Shown here: piece after piece, positions 17,063 through 26,532 of the stretch
Layout: the number at the start of each line of letters is the position of its first letter
How positions within the stretch are numbered: position 1 is the first letter of the stretch
Assembly (NCBI GenBank): GCA_035270925.1
Contig: DATESG010000017.1
Span: 1 to 37,361 of the forward strand
Direction: 5' to 3'
DNA: 37,361 bases
DNA from: Bacilli bacterium
Lineage (GTDB): Bacteria > Bacillota_I > Bacilli_A > RFN20 > CAG-826
Translations under genes and position numbers: made by a program
Notes under the pieces: generated by a model
Databases searched by the model: none
Told to the model about the DNA's origin: nothing
The model's input: the letters and a program-made list of their open reading frames with translations, nothing else

Positions 17063-18505
17063 ATGGCATCAAAAATAATTCTTAATCGACCATCCTTAAT
17101 TAAAGCTCGTAATCGTCGTCCGCAACGGATTCAATATCAGTGTTTTAATCTTGATATTCCGGAAAAAGTGCAAGCGACTTTAAGCGGCAAATTTTACTAT
17201 ATCCACACCTATGGTTGCCAAGCTAATGTCAGAGATGAAGAATCAATGGCCGGATTACTTGAAAGTGCTGGCATGAAAAGAACAGATATGGCCGTAGATG
17301 CGAGTGTTATTATTCTTAATACATGCGCAATTAGAGCTAACGCTGAAGATAAACTATTTGGTGAAATTGGCTCAATTAAGGCGTTAAAACGTTTAAATAA
17401 GGACCTTATTGTTATTATTTCTGGCTGCATGGTTCAACAAGAAAGCGCGCTAGAAAAACTTGAAAAATCTTATCCCCAAGTTGATATTTTCTTTGGAACT
17501 AATTCAGTTCACAAGGTCCTCGAGTTAATTGATTTACATTTAAACAGTAAGAAAAAGGTTATCGACGTTAATAGCGAAGACATCACCATTTATGAAGATG
17601 TCCCCGTTGCTCGTGTTGAGGATTTTAAGGCTTTCGTTAACATTACTTATGGCTGTGATAAGTTTTGTACATACTGCATCGTCCCTTATACACGCGGAAA
17701 AGAACGGAGCCGAAAGTTTGCAGACATTCTCAATGAATGTGAAATTCTTGTGCGGTCTGGATATCAAGAAATTACTCTTGTGGGACAAAATGTTAATGCC
17801 TATGGTATAGATTTAAAGTTAGGTGAAAGTTTCGCGGATTTACTTGAAGCTGTCGCTAAACTTGGGATTCCCCGTTTACGCTTTATTACTTCTCATCCTT
17901 GGAATTTTGATGATGCGATGATTACAGTAATCGCTAAATACGATAATATCATGAAGGCCATTCACCTTCCGCTTCAATCTGGAAACAATCATATTTTAAA
18001 ATTAATGGGTCGCCGTTACAGCGTTGATTCATATTTAGAGTTAGTCGCCAAACTAAAAGCAAAAATGCCCACCGTTGCCCTTACCACGGATATTATTGTT
18101 GGTTTTCCTAATGAAACTGAAGAACAATTTGCGGATACTTTAAGAGTGTTTGAACAAGTTGGCTATAGTGGTGCCTTTACTTTTATCTATTCTCCACGCG
18201 AAGGAACTCCGGCGGCAAAAATGATAGATGATGTCACACTTGAAGCCAAGCACCAACGCTTTAATCGTCTCAAAGATCTCGTTGAAATCTCAACCGGCAA
18301 TTACGCTGCGACGCTAGTTGGGCAAATCAAGACCGTCCTAGTTGATGGTGCGAGTAAGAAAAACGATCAAGTTTTAAGTGGTTTTACTGAAGAAAACAAG
18401 GTTGTACACTTTATTGGGCGTGAAGACTTGGTCGGCAAAATTGTTAAGGTTAAAATTTTGGCAAGTCACGTTTATCACCTTGAAGGAGCACTCGTTAATG
18501 AATAA
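17063..18505 (+). CDS. miaB: tRNA-i6A37 methylthiotransferase MiaB
   Basis: N-terminal YIHTYGCQANVRDEE, radical-SAM CDKFCTYCIVP, and a C-terminal TRAM domain. Confidence 0.95.
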   Translation: MASKIILNRPSLIKARNRRPQRIQYQCFNLDIPEKVQATLSGKFYYIHTYGCQANVRDEESMAGLLESAGMKRTDMAVDASVIILNTCAIRANAEDKLFGEIGSIKALKRLNKDLIVIISGCMVQQESALEKLEKSYPQVDIFFGTNSVHKVLELIDLHLNSKKKVIDVNSEDITIYEDVPVARVEDFKAFVNITYGCDKFCTYCIVPYTRGKERSRKFADILNECEILVRSGYQEITLVGQNVNAYGIDLKLGESFADLLEAVAKLGIPRLRFITSHPWNFDDAMITVIAKYDNIMKAIHLPLQSGNNHILKLMGRRYSVDSYLELVAKLKAKMPTVALTTDIIVGFPNETEEQFADTLRVFEQVGYSGAFTFIYSPREGTPAAKMIDDVTLEAKHQRFNRLKDLVEISTGNYAATLVGQIKTVLVDGASKKNDQVLSGFTEENKVVHFIGREDLVGKIVKVKILASHVYHLEGALVNE

Positions 18506-18809
18506 AATTAGCCTGAAAATTGATGAACTGGCCGCTAGTTTTTTTGAACTAGAACTCGTGAAAGAATATTTTAATGCGGTTGATTTAATCAATGAAAACA
18601 CTGCCTTACTTGACTTAAGTGAGAGGGTAAAAAAGTTACAAAGAATGATGACGTTACATGTTTCAAAAGAGGCGGAATATGAAAAATTTAAACTTGAATA
18701 TGAAACAAGTCTTAACGAATATAATTCTCACCCCTACATTGTTAATTACACTTATTTAAAAAACGAGGTTGAAGATTTATTATCACAGATGAAAAAGATT
18801 ATCGAATAG
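18498..18809 (+). CDS. ricA: YmcA/YlbF-family protein (RicA-like)
   Basis: 103-aa helical protein following and overlapping miaB by 8 nt, as ymcA follows ymcB (miaB) in B. subtilis. It has an INEN...KKLQ...EDLL pattern reminiscent of Com_YlbF. The start is taken at ATG 18498, not the ORF-track start at 18378, which lies inside miaB. Confidence 0.65.
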   Translation: MNKISLKIDELAASFFELELVKEYFNAVDLINENTALLDLSERVKKLQRMMTLHVSKEAEYEKFKLEYETSLNEYNSHPYIVNYTYLKNEVEDLLSQMKKIIE

Positions 18810-18813
18810 CTAG

Positions 18814-18841
18814 AGTCGCAATATAATATTGCGGCTTTTTT
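18814..18841 (+). terminator. Intrinsic terminator after ricA
   Basis: AGTCGCAATAT pairs with ATATTGCGGCT (one G-U pair), followed by a T6 run. Confidence 0.65.
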
Positions 18842-18892
18842 ATTAGTCTTACTAGTAAGTATGTTAAAATATGCTTTATTAGAGGGCTTAAT

Positions 18893-21424
18893 ATGGATAC
18901 AGTAAATTACACACCAATGATTATGCAATATTTAGAAATTAAGAAGGAAAATCCCGGCGTTTTAATCATGTTTAGACTCGGCGATTTTTATGAATTCTTT
19001 TTTGAAGATGCGATTTTAGCGAGTAAAACACTACAACTAGTACTCACCAAAAAAGCCGCGGGAAATGGTCAAAAGATTCCGATGTGTGGTATTCCTTATC
19101 ATGCTTCTGCAAGTTACTTGCAAAAGCTTGTAAGTGCCGGACATAAAGTCGGGATCGTTGAGCAACTTGAAGACCCCGCTTTAGCTAAAGGTTTAGTCGA
19201 ACGTGGCATTGTTCAAATTGTCACGCCGGGTGCGGTCATCGATTTTGATGAAACTCATAATAACTTTATTGTCGCCATTGATGAAACCCTCGTTGATTAC
19301 GCAATCTGTTTTGCCGATGTCTCAACTGGTGACATTTCCGTAATTAGACTTGATAAATCTAGTAGCAGTCTGGCTAACTTTATTAGTAATTTAGGATCTA
19401 AAGAAATTGTCGTTGGGACGATGTTTGATCCAAAGTTACTAAAAAAACTCCAACAAGTTTATAACGTCGTTGTCAGTTTTGAAGATGACAACAACCTCCG
19501 TAATCAATATCAAGAGCTATTTGTCCATGTTAAAGATACGGGCTTGATGCGCGTGGCCGCTCGCTTGATTAACTATCTTGTTAAAATCGAAAGACGTGAA
19601 TTAGGATATTTTAAATTAATCAATGTTTCTAAACCTAGTGATTACCTACAAATTGATGCCTTTAGTCGTGTGAATTTAGAACTAACTAGAACAATCAGAA
19701 GTGAAGATAAATTTGGCTCACTCTTTTGGTTGTTAGATAATACGAAAACGGCGATGGGCCGGCGACTCCTTAAAAATTACATTAATCAACCCCTTTGTGA
19801 GCTTGCTAAAATTTATCGACGCCAACTAATTATTGATGCGTTGACCGTTAATTTCATCACCCGCGAAGAAGTTAAAGCGAGTCTTGAAGATATTTACGAC
19901 TTTGAACGAATTATCGCGCGCATTAGTTTTGGCAATGCAAATCCAAAAGAACTCTTAAGATTAAAGGCGTCGCTACGAGCGTTTGAAGATATTAGAGCCA
20001 AGATTATAAAACTAGATAACCCAGAGTTAACCCAGTTGGTTGAACGTGCTTTTGATAGTTTTGCCCTTATTGAACTTTTGGAAAAAGCCATTAGTGAGGA
20101 TGCCCCGCTTGTGATTGCAAACGGCGACGTTTTTAATTTTGGTTATGATAAAGATTTAGATCAACTTATTAAAATCAGTAAAAATAGCCGCCAGTTTATT
20201 CTTGACTTAGAAGAACAAGAAAAGGCAAAAACCGGAATTAAAAATCTAAAAATTGGCTATAACCGTGTCTTTGGTTATTACATCGAAGTCACTAACTCCC
20301 AACTTGAATTAGTCAAAGATGAATATGGATATATTCGTAAACAAACAACTAAAAATGGCGAACGCTATATTAATGAAACATTAAAGGATAAAGAAGCACA
20401 AATTCTGAGTGCGGAAGAACGCCGTGGTGAGCTAGAGAAACATCTCTACCAAGAACTTTTAAGCGAAATTAAAAAATATACCCGTAAAATTCAAGCGATT
20501 GCCGATATTGTCGCCGAACTTGATGTGATGGTTAGTTTAACAGGGGTCTCAATTGATCATAATTTTAAGAAACCAACCTTTAATCAAAGTCGGACAATAC
20601 TTGTTAAAGCTGGCCGCCATCCAGTTGTGGATACGGTCTTAAAGAAAAATAAATACGTCGCCAACGACATAATTATGGATCATAAGGTTGATATTTTGTT
20701 AATTACCGGCCCGAACATGGGTGGCAAATCAACCTATATGCGGCAATTAGCCCTTATTATTGTCCTTGCCCAGATGGGATGTTTTGTCCCGGCAGAATCC
20801 GCTAATTTGATGGTTTTTGATCAAATTTTCACACGGATTGGTGCAAGTGATGATCTTGTGAGTGGACAATCAACTTTCATGGTGGAAATGAGTGAAGCTA
20901 ACGTTGCCCTTCGTAACTCAACGGAGAATTCACTTTTAATCTTTGATGAAATTGGACGTGGTACGGCAACTTATGACGGGATGGCTTTAGCGCAAGCAAT
21001 GATTGAATATGTCGCTAGTAATATTAAGGCGAAGACCGTTTTTTCAACGCACTATCATGAACTCACCTTCCTTGATACACAAATAGAAAATCTCAAAAAT
21101 ATTCATGTTGAAGTTAAAGAAAATAAGGATGATATCACTTTCCTTTATAAAGTAAAAGAAGGACCAATGAATAAATCATATGGGATTAATGTGGCAACCC
21201 TCGCGGATTTACCTTATCCAATCATTAAACGCGCGAAAGAGGTCCTTGCACAGTTAGAAACTAGTGAACACCTGAATGTTCGCGCCCATATAGATAAACC
21301 TGTCCAAGCGCTTGATAAGGTGTTAATTGATGAATTAAAAGCGATTGATCCTAATCGTCTAACTCCACTTCAAGCACTAGACGCTCTAGTTAAAATTAAG
21401 CAAAGGATGGAACAAGATGAATAA
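18893..21424 (+). CDS. mutS: DNA mismatch repair protein MutS
   Basis: N-terminal TPMIMQYLEIK...GDFYEFF mismatch-binding domain and Walker A GPNMGGKSTYMRQ. 843 aa. Confidence 0.97.
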   Translation: MDTVNYTPMIMQYLEIKKENPGVLIMFRLGDFYEFFFEDAILASKTLQLVLTKKAAGNGQKIPMCGIPYHASASYLQKLVSAGHKVGIVEQLEDPALAKGLVERGIVQIVTPGAVIDFDETHNNFIVAIDETLVDYAICFADVSTGDISVIRLDKSSSSLANFISNLGSKEIVVGTMFDPKLLKKLQQVYNVVVSFEDDNNLRNQYQELFVHVKDTGLMRVAARLINYLVKIERRELGYFKLINVSKPSDYLQIDAFSRVNLELTRTIRSEDKFGSLFWLLDNTKTAMGRRLLKNYINQPLCELAKIYRRQLIIDALTVNFITREEVKASLEDIYDFERIIARISFGNANPKELLRLKASLRAFEDIRAKIIKLDNPELTQLVERAFDSFALIELLEKAISEDAPLVIANGDVFNFGYDKDLDQLIKISKNSRQFILDLEEQEKAKTGIKNLKIGYNRVFGYYIEVTNSQLELVKDEYGYIRKQTTKNGERYINETLKDKEAQILSAEERRGELEKHLYQELLSEIKKYTRKIQAIADIVAELDVMVSLTGVSIDHNFKKPTFNQSRTILVKAGRHPVVDTVLKKNKYVANDIIMDHKVDILLITGPNMGGKSTYMRQLALIIVLAQMGCFVPAESANLMVFDQIFTRIGASDDLVSGQSTFMVEMSEANVALRNSTENSLLIFDEIGRGTATYDGMALAQAMIEYVASNIKAKTVFSTHYHELTFLDTQIENLKNIHVEVKENKDDITFLYKVKEGPMNKSYGINVATLADLPYPIIKRAKEVLAQLETSEHLNVRAHIDKPVQALDKVLIDELKAIDPNRLTPLQALDALVKIKQRMEQDE

Positions 21425-23171
21425 AATTCATGTTTTAGATATTAATCTTGCCAACCAAATTGCTGCCGGTGAAGTAATTGAGCGTCCCGCCAGTGTTGTT
21501 AAAGAACTAGTTGAGAATGCAATTGATGCGCATGCAAAATCAATTTTAATTAAAGCCGATAATGCGGGCCGTACTTTTATTAGTGTTGAAGATGATGGAG
21601 ATGGAATGGGTCGACTTGACGCCAAAACTTCTTTTTTGCGCCACGCGACCAGTAAAATTTATGATCAATTTGATTTATTTAGAATTAAGACACTTGGCTT
21701 TCGCGGAGAAGCCCTAGCTTCGATAGCGGCAATTAGCCAAGTGAAAATGATTACAAGTGATGGGGAAGTTGTTGGCAGTGAAATCAATATTTCGGGTGAG
21801 GATATGCTCATTAGTGATGCTCCCTTACGTAAGGGCACCTTAATTGAAGTAAGAGAATTATTTTATAATACCCCAGCCCGGCTTAAGTACTTAAAAAGTG
21901 ACTACACTGAAACTAGCGCAATTATTGATGCAGTATCGCGCCTAGCGCTTGCTCATAGTGATGTCGCTATCACGTTATTTATTGATGATAAATTACGGCT
22001 GAAAACCTCCGGACGTGCTAATTTACATGAAACAATCATGAATATTTATGGCGTCTTTACTGCCAAACATTTGGTCGCGTATAAGATAGAAACTCCAGAC
22101 TTTAAAGTTACCGGTTATTTAGGTAAAGGTGAACTTGCTAGGTCTAATCGGTATGGAATTATTACGAACCTCAATGGTCGTAATGTTTATATGCCGAAGG
22201 TGCAAACCGCAATCATTAATGCATATCATGATTTTCTTGCCGATACTCGTTATCCCTTTGTGGTCCTTGACTTAGAAATTGAACCTGGTTTAGTGGATGT
22301 TAATGTTCACCCCAGTAAACGAGAGGTAAGATTTTCCAAAGAAAACGAATTAAATGAGATGTTAATTCGCACCATCCCAACGTTTTTGCTAGATCAAGAT
22401 TTAATTTTTGATCCACATCCGGAAAAATATCAACCACAAGAAGTGGTCGCACGTCCGTATGTAGAGCAAACCCAATTTGATTTTTCTCATAAAAATTCCG
22501 CAATCGAAAACGTTCCGCAAGAACAGTTTTTAAAAATGAGCGATATAGTTGAAAAAGCCCCTGAAGCGGAAGTCCGCCAAAAACCCCGGCAACGAATTAC
22601 TTCAATCGCCCAGTTAAATCTTACTTACTTAGTATGTGAAGATGGCGAAGGCGGTTTTTACCTAATTGATCAACACGCCGCTGCAGAACGGATTAATTAT
22701 GAAAAGTTCCAAACCGAACTCAATCTTAACTTAAAAGTTAAACGGCCGTTAATTCCGCTAGTACTAGATTATTCCTTGTCGGAAATTTCAGCATTTGATG
22801 AAGAAAAGCTTCAAGCACTCGCAAGTGTTGGAATTGTGCTTGAACCATTTGGCAATTCGAGTTTTAGAGTCGTGGAAGTGCCATTATGGACTGAAGAATA
22901 CGATGAGAAGATTTATGTAACATCGATGATTGAACAAGTTTTACAAAACGGCGTAACCAATCAATCGCAAGTAAGAACCGATGCGATTGCAACAATGGCA
23001 TGTAAAGCTTCAATCAAAGCCAACATGAGATTAAGTATTGCTGAACAACAAATCTTAGTGGATATGCTCTTTAAAACTAAAAACCCATACACTTGTCCCC
23101 ATGGTCGCCCAACGATTATTCAATTCAATAAGTATCAAATAGAAAAAATGTTCAAGAGGACAGGCGTATGA
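21417..23171 (+). CDS. mutL: DNA mismatch repair protein MutL
   Basis: GHKL ATPase motifs ANQIAAGEVIERPASVVKELVENAIDA and DDGDGM. The C-terminal region carries the CPHGRP motif. It overlaps mutS by 8 nt. Confidence 0.97.
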   Translation: MNKIHVLDINLANQIAAGEVIERPASVVKELVENAIDAHAKSILIKADNAGRTFISVEDDGDGMGRLDAKTSFLRHATSKIYDQFDLFRIKTLGFRGEALASIAAISQVKMITSDGEVVGSEINISGEDMLISDAPLRKGTLIEVRELFYNTPARLKYLKSDYTETSAIIDAVSRLALAHSDVAITLFIDDKLRLKTSGRANLHETIMNIYGVFTAKHLVAYKIETPDFKVTGYLGKGELARSNRYGIITNLNGRNVYMPKVQTAIINAYHDFLADTRYPFVVLDLEIEPGLVDVNVHPSKREVRFSKENELNEMLIRTIPTFLLDQDLIFDPHPEKYQPQEVVARPYVEQTQFDFSHKNSAIENVPQEQFLKMSDIVEKAPEAEVRQKPRQRITSIAQLNLTYLVCEDGEGGFYLIDQHAAAERINYEKFQTELNLNLKVKRPLIPLVLDYSLSEISAFDEEKLQALASVGIVLEPFGNSSFRVVEVPLWTEEYDEKIYVTSMIEQVLQNGVTNQSQVRTDAIATMACKASIKANMRLSIAEQQILVDMLFKTKNPYTCPHGRPTIIQFNKYQIEKMFKRTGV

Positions 23172-24049
23172 TCTATATCATCGGTGGTCAAACCGCAAGT
23201 GGTAAGACAGAACTTGCGCTAGAATTCGCGCAAAAAATTGGTGCTCATATTATTAATGGTGACGCTTTTCAAGTGTATCGGCGTTTAGATATTGGCACAG
23301 CTAAGGCTAGCAAAGAAGAACAAAGTTTAGTTCCTCATCACCTTATCGATATTGTTGATATTAATGAAGCCTTTAGTATTTTTGAATATCAAGAATTAGC
23401 CCGCAAAATTATTGATCGTTTAGTGGCCAAAAACATCCCAGTAGTGATTGTTGGTGGAAGCGGCCTTTACATTCGCAGTGTCCTATTTGATTATCGTTTT
23501 AGCCCAAACAGTGAAGCAGATATGGCGAGATTTGAGAAAATGGATAATTATCGCTTACATCAATATCTAGCCTCAATTGACGAAATAAGTGCGGAAAAAA
23601 TCCACTTTAATAATCGCCGTCGCGTCTTAAGAGCAATCGAGATTTATCTTCAAACTGGTCTCAGCAAAAGTGCGCTCGAACTAGAGCAGAGTAAACAACC
23701 ATATTATCCTTATACGATGGTGATGGTTGATTGGGATAAAGAACAATTGGATGCTCGCATTCTTGAAAGAATCCGGTTAATGTTTGCACAAGGCTTAAGA
23801 AGTGAACTTGCGGAGTTACTCGAAACATTTCCAAGTAGTTCACCAGGCTTTAGAGCAATTGGTTATAAAGAAATGATTGAAAACGCTAATTATAGTGATG
23901 AACAATTAATTGACCTTATTAATAAAAACACAATCCATTACGCTAAACGCCAAAAGACTTTCTTCAAAAATCAATTTAACATCAGCTCCTTTACAAAACG
24001 TGAAGAGGCCCTTGAATTTTTATTAGACACGTTTAAAGGAGCATTATAA
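23168..24049 (+). CDS. miaA: tRNA dimethylallyltransferase
   Basis: GQTASGKT P-loop and INGDAFQVYRRLDIGTAK. It overlaps the mutL stop (ATGA). Confidence 0.95.
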   Translation: MIYIIGGQTASGKTELALEFAQKIGAHIINGDAFQVYRRLDIGTAKASKEEQSLVPHHLIDIVDINEAFSIFEYQELARKIIDRLVAKNIPVVIVGGSGLYIRSVLFDYRFSPNSEADMARFEKMDNYRLHQYLASIDEISAEKIHFNNRRRVLRAIEIYLQTGLSKSALELEQSKQPYYPYTMVMVDWDKEQLDARILERIRLMFAQGLRSELAELLETFPSSSPGFRAIGYKEMIENANYSDEQLIDLINKNTIHYAKRQKTFFKNQFNISSFTKREEALEFLLDTFKGAL

Positions 24050-24050
24050 G

Positions 24051-25667
24051 ATGGACAAAACCTTATCAATCATTGAAGTCGCTAAGAAACTCAATATTCC
24101 TGAAGAAGCACTTGAGTGTTTTGGTCGTGATAAAGCCAAAATTGACCCAACCTCTCCTTTACTAGATAAGAAGTTTAATGGTGATATTGTTTTAGTTACG
24201 GCAATTACGCCCACCAAGGCTGGAGAGGGTAAAACAACAATGTCGATTGCTCTTTGTGATGGATTAAGTGCGATTAACGAGCCAGCTTTATTGTGCTTAA
24301 GAGAACCTTCCATTGGTCCTGTCTTTGGTAATAAAGGTGGCGCCACTGGTGGTGGTCTTGCTCGAGTTATTCCTAGTGAAGAAATTGATCTTCATTTCAC
24401 TGGTGATATGCACGCGCTTACCACATCAATTAACCTCATTAGTGCAATTATTGATAATCACATTTTTCGTGGTAACGAGTTAGGAATTGATCCTAAAAAA
24501 GTTGTCTGGACCCGCGCAATTGATATGAACGACCGAGCTTTACGAGAAGTAATTATTGCAAGCAAGAAAAAGCATGGTATTGCTCGTAAAGAGAACTTTA
24601 AAATAACAGTCGCAAGTGAAATGATGGCCATCATGTGTTTAAGTCGTGATGAAGAGGATTTTCTCAATCGAATTAGGAAAATTTTAGTCGCCTATACCTT
24701 TGATAACAAACCTATTTTTCTAAGTGATTTAAAAATCTCACATGCGATTATGAAATTAATGAAAAAAGCCTTAAAACCAAATTTAGTTCAAACTTTAGAA
24801 GGGAATCCAGCGTTAATTCATGGGGGACCTTTTGCCAACATTGCGCATGGGTGCAATTCTTTAATTGCAACTAAATTAGCCACTAAACTAGCACCAATTG
24901 TCGTGACTGAGGCCGGGTTTGCCGCGGATTTAGGGGCCGAAAAGTTTTTTGATATCAAATCAAGGATCGGTGAACTTAAACCTAAACTTGCAGTTTTAGT
25001 CGCTACCATCAAAGCGTTAAAACTTCATGGTGGCGCCAATAGTGCCACCCTTGAGCAAGAAAACATTGATGCAATGATAGAGGGGACTAAGAATCTTGAA
25101 CAACACTATCAAAATTTATTGAAATATAATCTACCTGTTTTAATTGCAATCAACCATTTTGCAACGGATTCACAAGGTGAAGTTGATGCCTTGGTACTTT
25201 GGTGTAAAAAGCGTAACTATCAAGTGACTTTCGTTGATAGTTTCTTAAATGGCTCGGCCGGTGCAATCGATTTTGCTCACAAAGTGAAAGCAATGTTGCT
25301 AAACAACAAGAGCGACTTTAAACCACTATATAGTCTTAATCTTTCAATAAAAGAAAAAATCGAGAAAGTCTGTAAAGAGATATATAGAGCGGATGGTGTT
25401 AATTTCAGTGCAAAAGCCAAACGAAATTTGAAAATGATTGAAGCGTTGGGTTTTACAAATGTTCCTGTTTGTATTGCAAAGACCCCGCATTCATTTAGCG
25501 ATGATCCAACGTTGCTTAATGTCGCTAAAAACTTTAAAATTAATGTTAGAGATTTATATATTAGTGCGGGCGCAGGCTTTGTTGTTTGTTTAACCGGTGA
25601 ATTATTAACGATGCCGGGTTTACCGAAAATACCTGCCGCTGTAAAAATGGAGGAGTTTGATTATTAA
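24051..25667 (+). CDS. fhs: Formate--tetrahydrofolate ligase
   Basis: TPTKAGEGKTT P-loop motif, 538 aa, and family-typical GGPFANIAHGCNS. Confidence 0.95.
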   Translation: MDKTLSIIEVAKKLNIPEEALECFGRDKAKIDPTSPLLDKKFNGDIVLVTAITPTKAGEGKTTMSIALCDGLSAINEPALLCLREPSIGPVFGNKGGATGGGLARVIPSEEIDLHFTGDMHALTTSINLISAIIDNHIFRGNELGIDPKKVVWTRAIDMNDRALREVIIASKKKHGIARKENFKITVASEMMAIMCLSRDEEDFLNRIRKILVAYTFDNKPIFLSDLKISHAIMKLMKKALKPNLVQTLEGNPALIHGGPFANIAHGCNSLIATKLATKLAPIVVTEAGFAADLGAEKFFDIKSRIGELKPKLAVLVATIKALKLHGGANSATLEQENIDAMIEGTKNLEQHYQNLLKYNLPVLIAINHFATDSQGEVDALVLWCKKRNYQVTFVDSFLNGSAGAIDFAHKVKAMLLNNKSDFKPLYSLNLSIKEKIEKVCKEIYRADGVNFSAKAKRNLKMIEALGFTNVPVCIAKTPHSFSDDPTLLNVAKNFKINVRDLYISAGAGFVVCLTGELLTMPGLPKIPAAVKMEEFDY

Positions 25668-25885
25668 TGGAATTAGAAAAAGTAGAATTATTCGATCTTG
25701 TTCAAATGAAAAAGGCTCACCCTTGTCACAATAAATCAACGATGTTTCAAGTGGTGAAGCTTGGTGCAGATTTGAAGATTCAGTGCCAGGGTTGCGGCAA
25801 TGTCATCATTATTCCGCGCATCATTTTTGATAAACGCCTTAAAAAAATCATCTCTCGCGAAGAACAAGTGCTATTTAAACAATAA
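25667..25885 (+). CDS. DUF951-family small protein (YyzM-like)
   Basis: 72 aa with HPC...CQGCG cysteine/histidine pairs and a basic tail, matching my recollection of DUF951. Its start overlaps the fhs stop (TAATG). Confidence 0.75.
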   Translation: MELEKVELFDLVQMKKAHPCHNKSTMFQVVKLGADLKIQCQGCGNVIIIPRIIFDKRLKKIISREEQVLFKQ

Positions 25886-25887
25886 AG

Positions 25888-25913
25888 TCCCTATTTATAA
25901 GTAGGGATTTTTT
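25888..25913 (+). terminator. Hairpin plus T6 terminator filling the whole DUF951-ABC intergenic gap
   Basis: TCCCTA (25888-25893) pairs with TAGGGA (25902-25907) around an 8-nt loop, followed by TTTTTT (25908-25913). The ATG of the next gene is at 25915. Confidence 0.55.
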
Positions 25914-25914
25914 A

Positions 25915-26532
25915 ATGGAAATAAGACTAAATAATCTAAGTAAAAGTTTTCAAGACCAAGTGGTTTTAAATAATATTTCGACGACCTTTATTGGCCCTGG
26001 TCTCTATATTTTGTTTGGGCATAGTGGTAGCGGAAAGACAACGCTTTTAAACATCATCGCCGGTTTAGAAAAATCAAGTAGTGGAGAAGTGATCAAAGAC
26101 AAAAAGATCAAAAGTGGAATTATCTTCCAACATCATTATTTGCTGGGTGATTTAACCGGTTATGAAAACGTTACTTTACCATTAAAGATAAATAGAACTC
26201 CTTTTGCAAAAGTGGAAATATATAAGCTTTTTGACCAATTTAGGATTGGAGACACAAGAAAGCGTAAAATTAAATTTTGTTCAGGGGGGGAAGCACAAAG
26301 AATAAATTTTATCCGCACTTTGGCTAGTAAGCCTGACTTTATTCTTGCCGATGAACCAACCGGGTCTATTGACCTCGATAATGCCTCTTTTATTAAAAAT
26401 AAGCTCTTAGAATTATCGAAAGGCATTCTAGTGATTATCGTTACACATGACCGAAAATTATTTGCTAACATCACGGCCAATTATCTGTATTTAGAAAAAG
26501 GGAAGATAGCAGCTTATGTCATGGAAGACTGA
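25915..26532 (+). CDS. ABC transporter ATP-binding protein (FtsE/LolD/MacB-NBD-like), 205 aa
   Basis: Walker A GHSGSGKTT, Q-loop FQHH, signature CSGGEAQR, Walker B FILADEPT and H-loop VTHD. Confidence 0.9.
   Translation: MEIRLNNLSKSFQDQVVLNNISTTFIGPGLYILFGHSGSGKTTLLNIIAGLEKSSSGEVIKDKKIKSGIIFQHHYLLGDLTGYENVTLPLKINRTPFAKVEIYKLFDQFRIGDTRKRKIKFCSGGEAQRINFIRTLASKPDFILADEPTGSIDLDNASFIKNKLLELSKGILVIIVTHDRKLFANITANYLYLEKGKIAAYVMED

Noticed and set aside
18378-18497. Upstream extension of the ymcA-like ORF (ORF-track start at 18378)
   Set aside because: It lies in an alternative frame within the miaB TRAM-domain coding region. The ATG at 18498 gives the usual 8-nt stop/start overlap with miaB and a family-sized protein.
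24044-24346. 100-aa - strand ORF at the start of fhs, and similar antisense or nested ORFs (3021-3326, 3085-3273, 26160-26480, 27532-27834, 13735-14004 and others)
   Set aside because: All are embedded in well-supported conserved genes on the opposite strand or in another frame. They have low-complexity translations and no translation signals.
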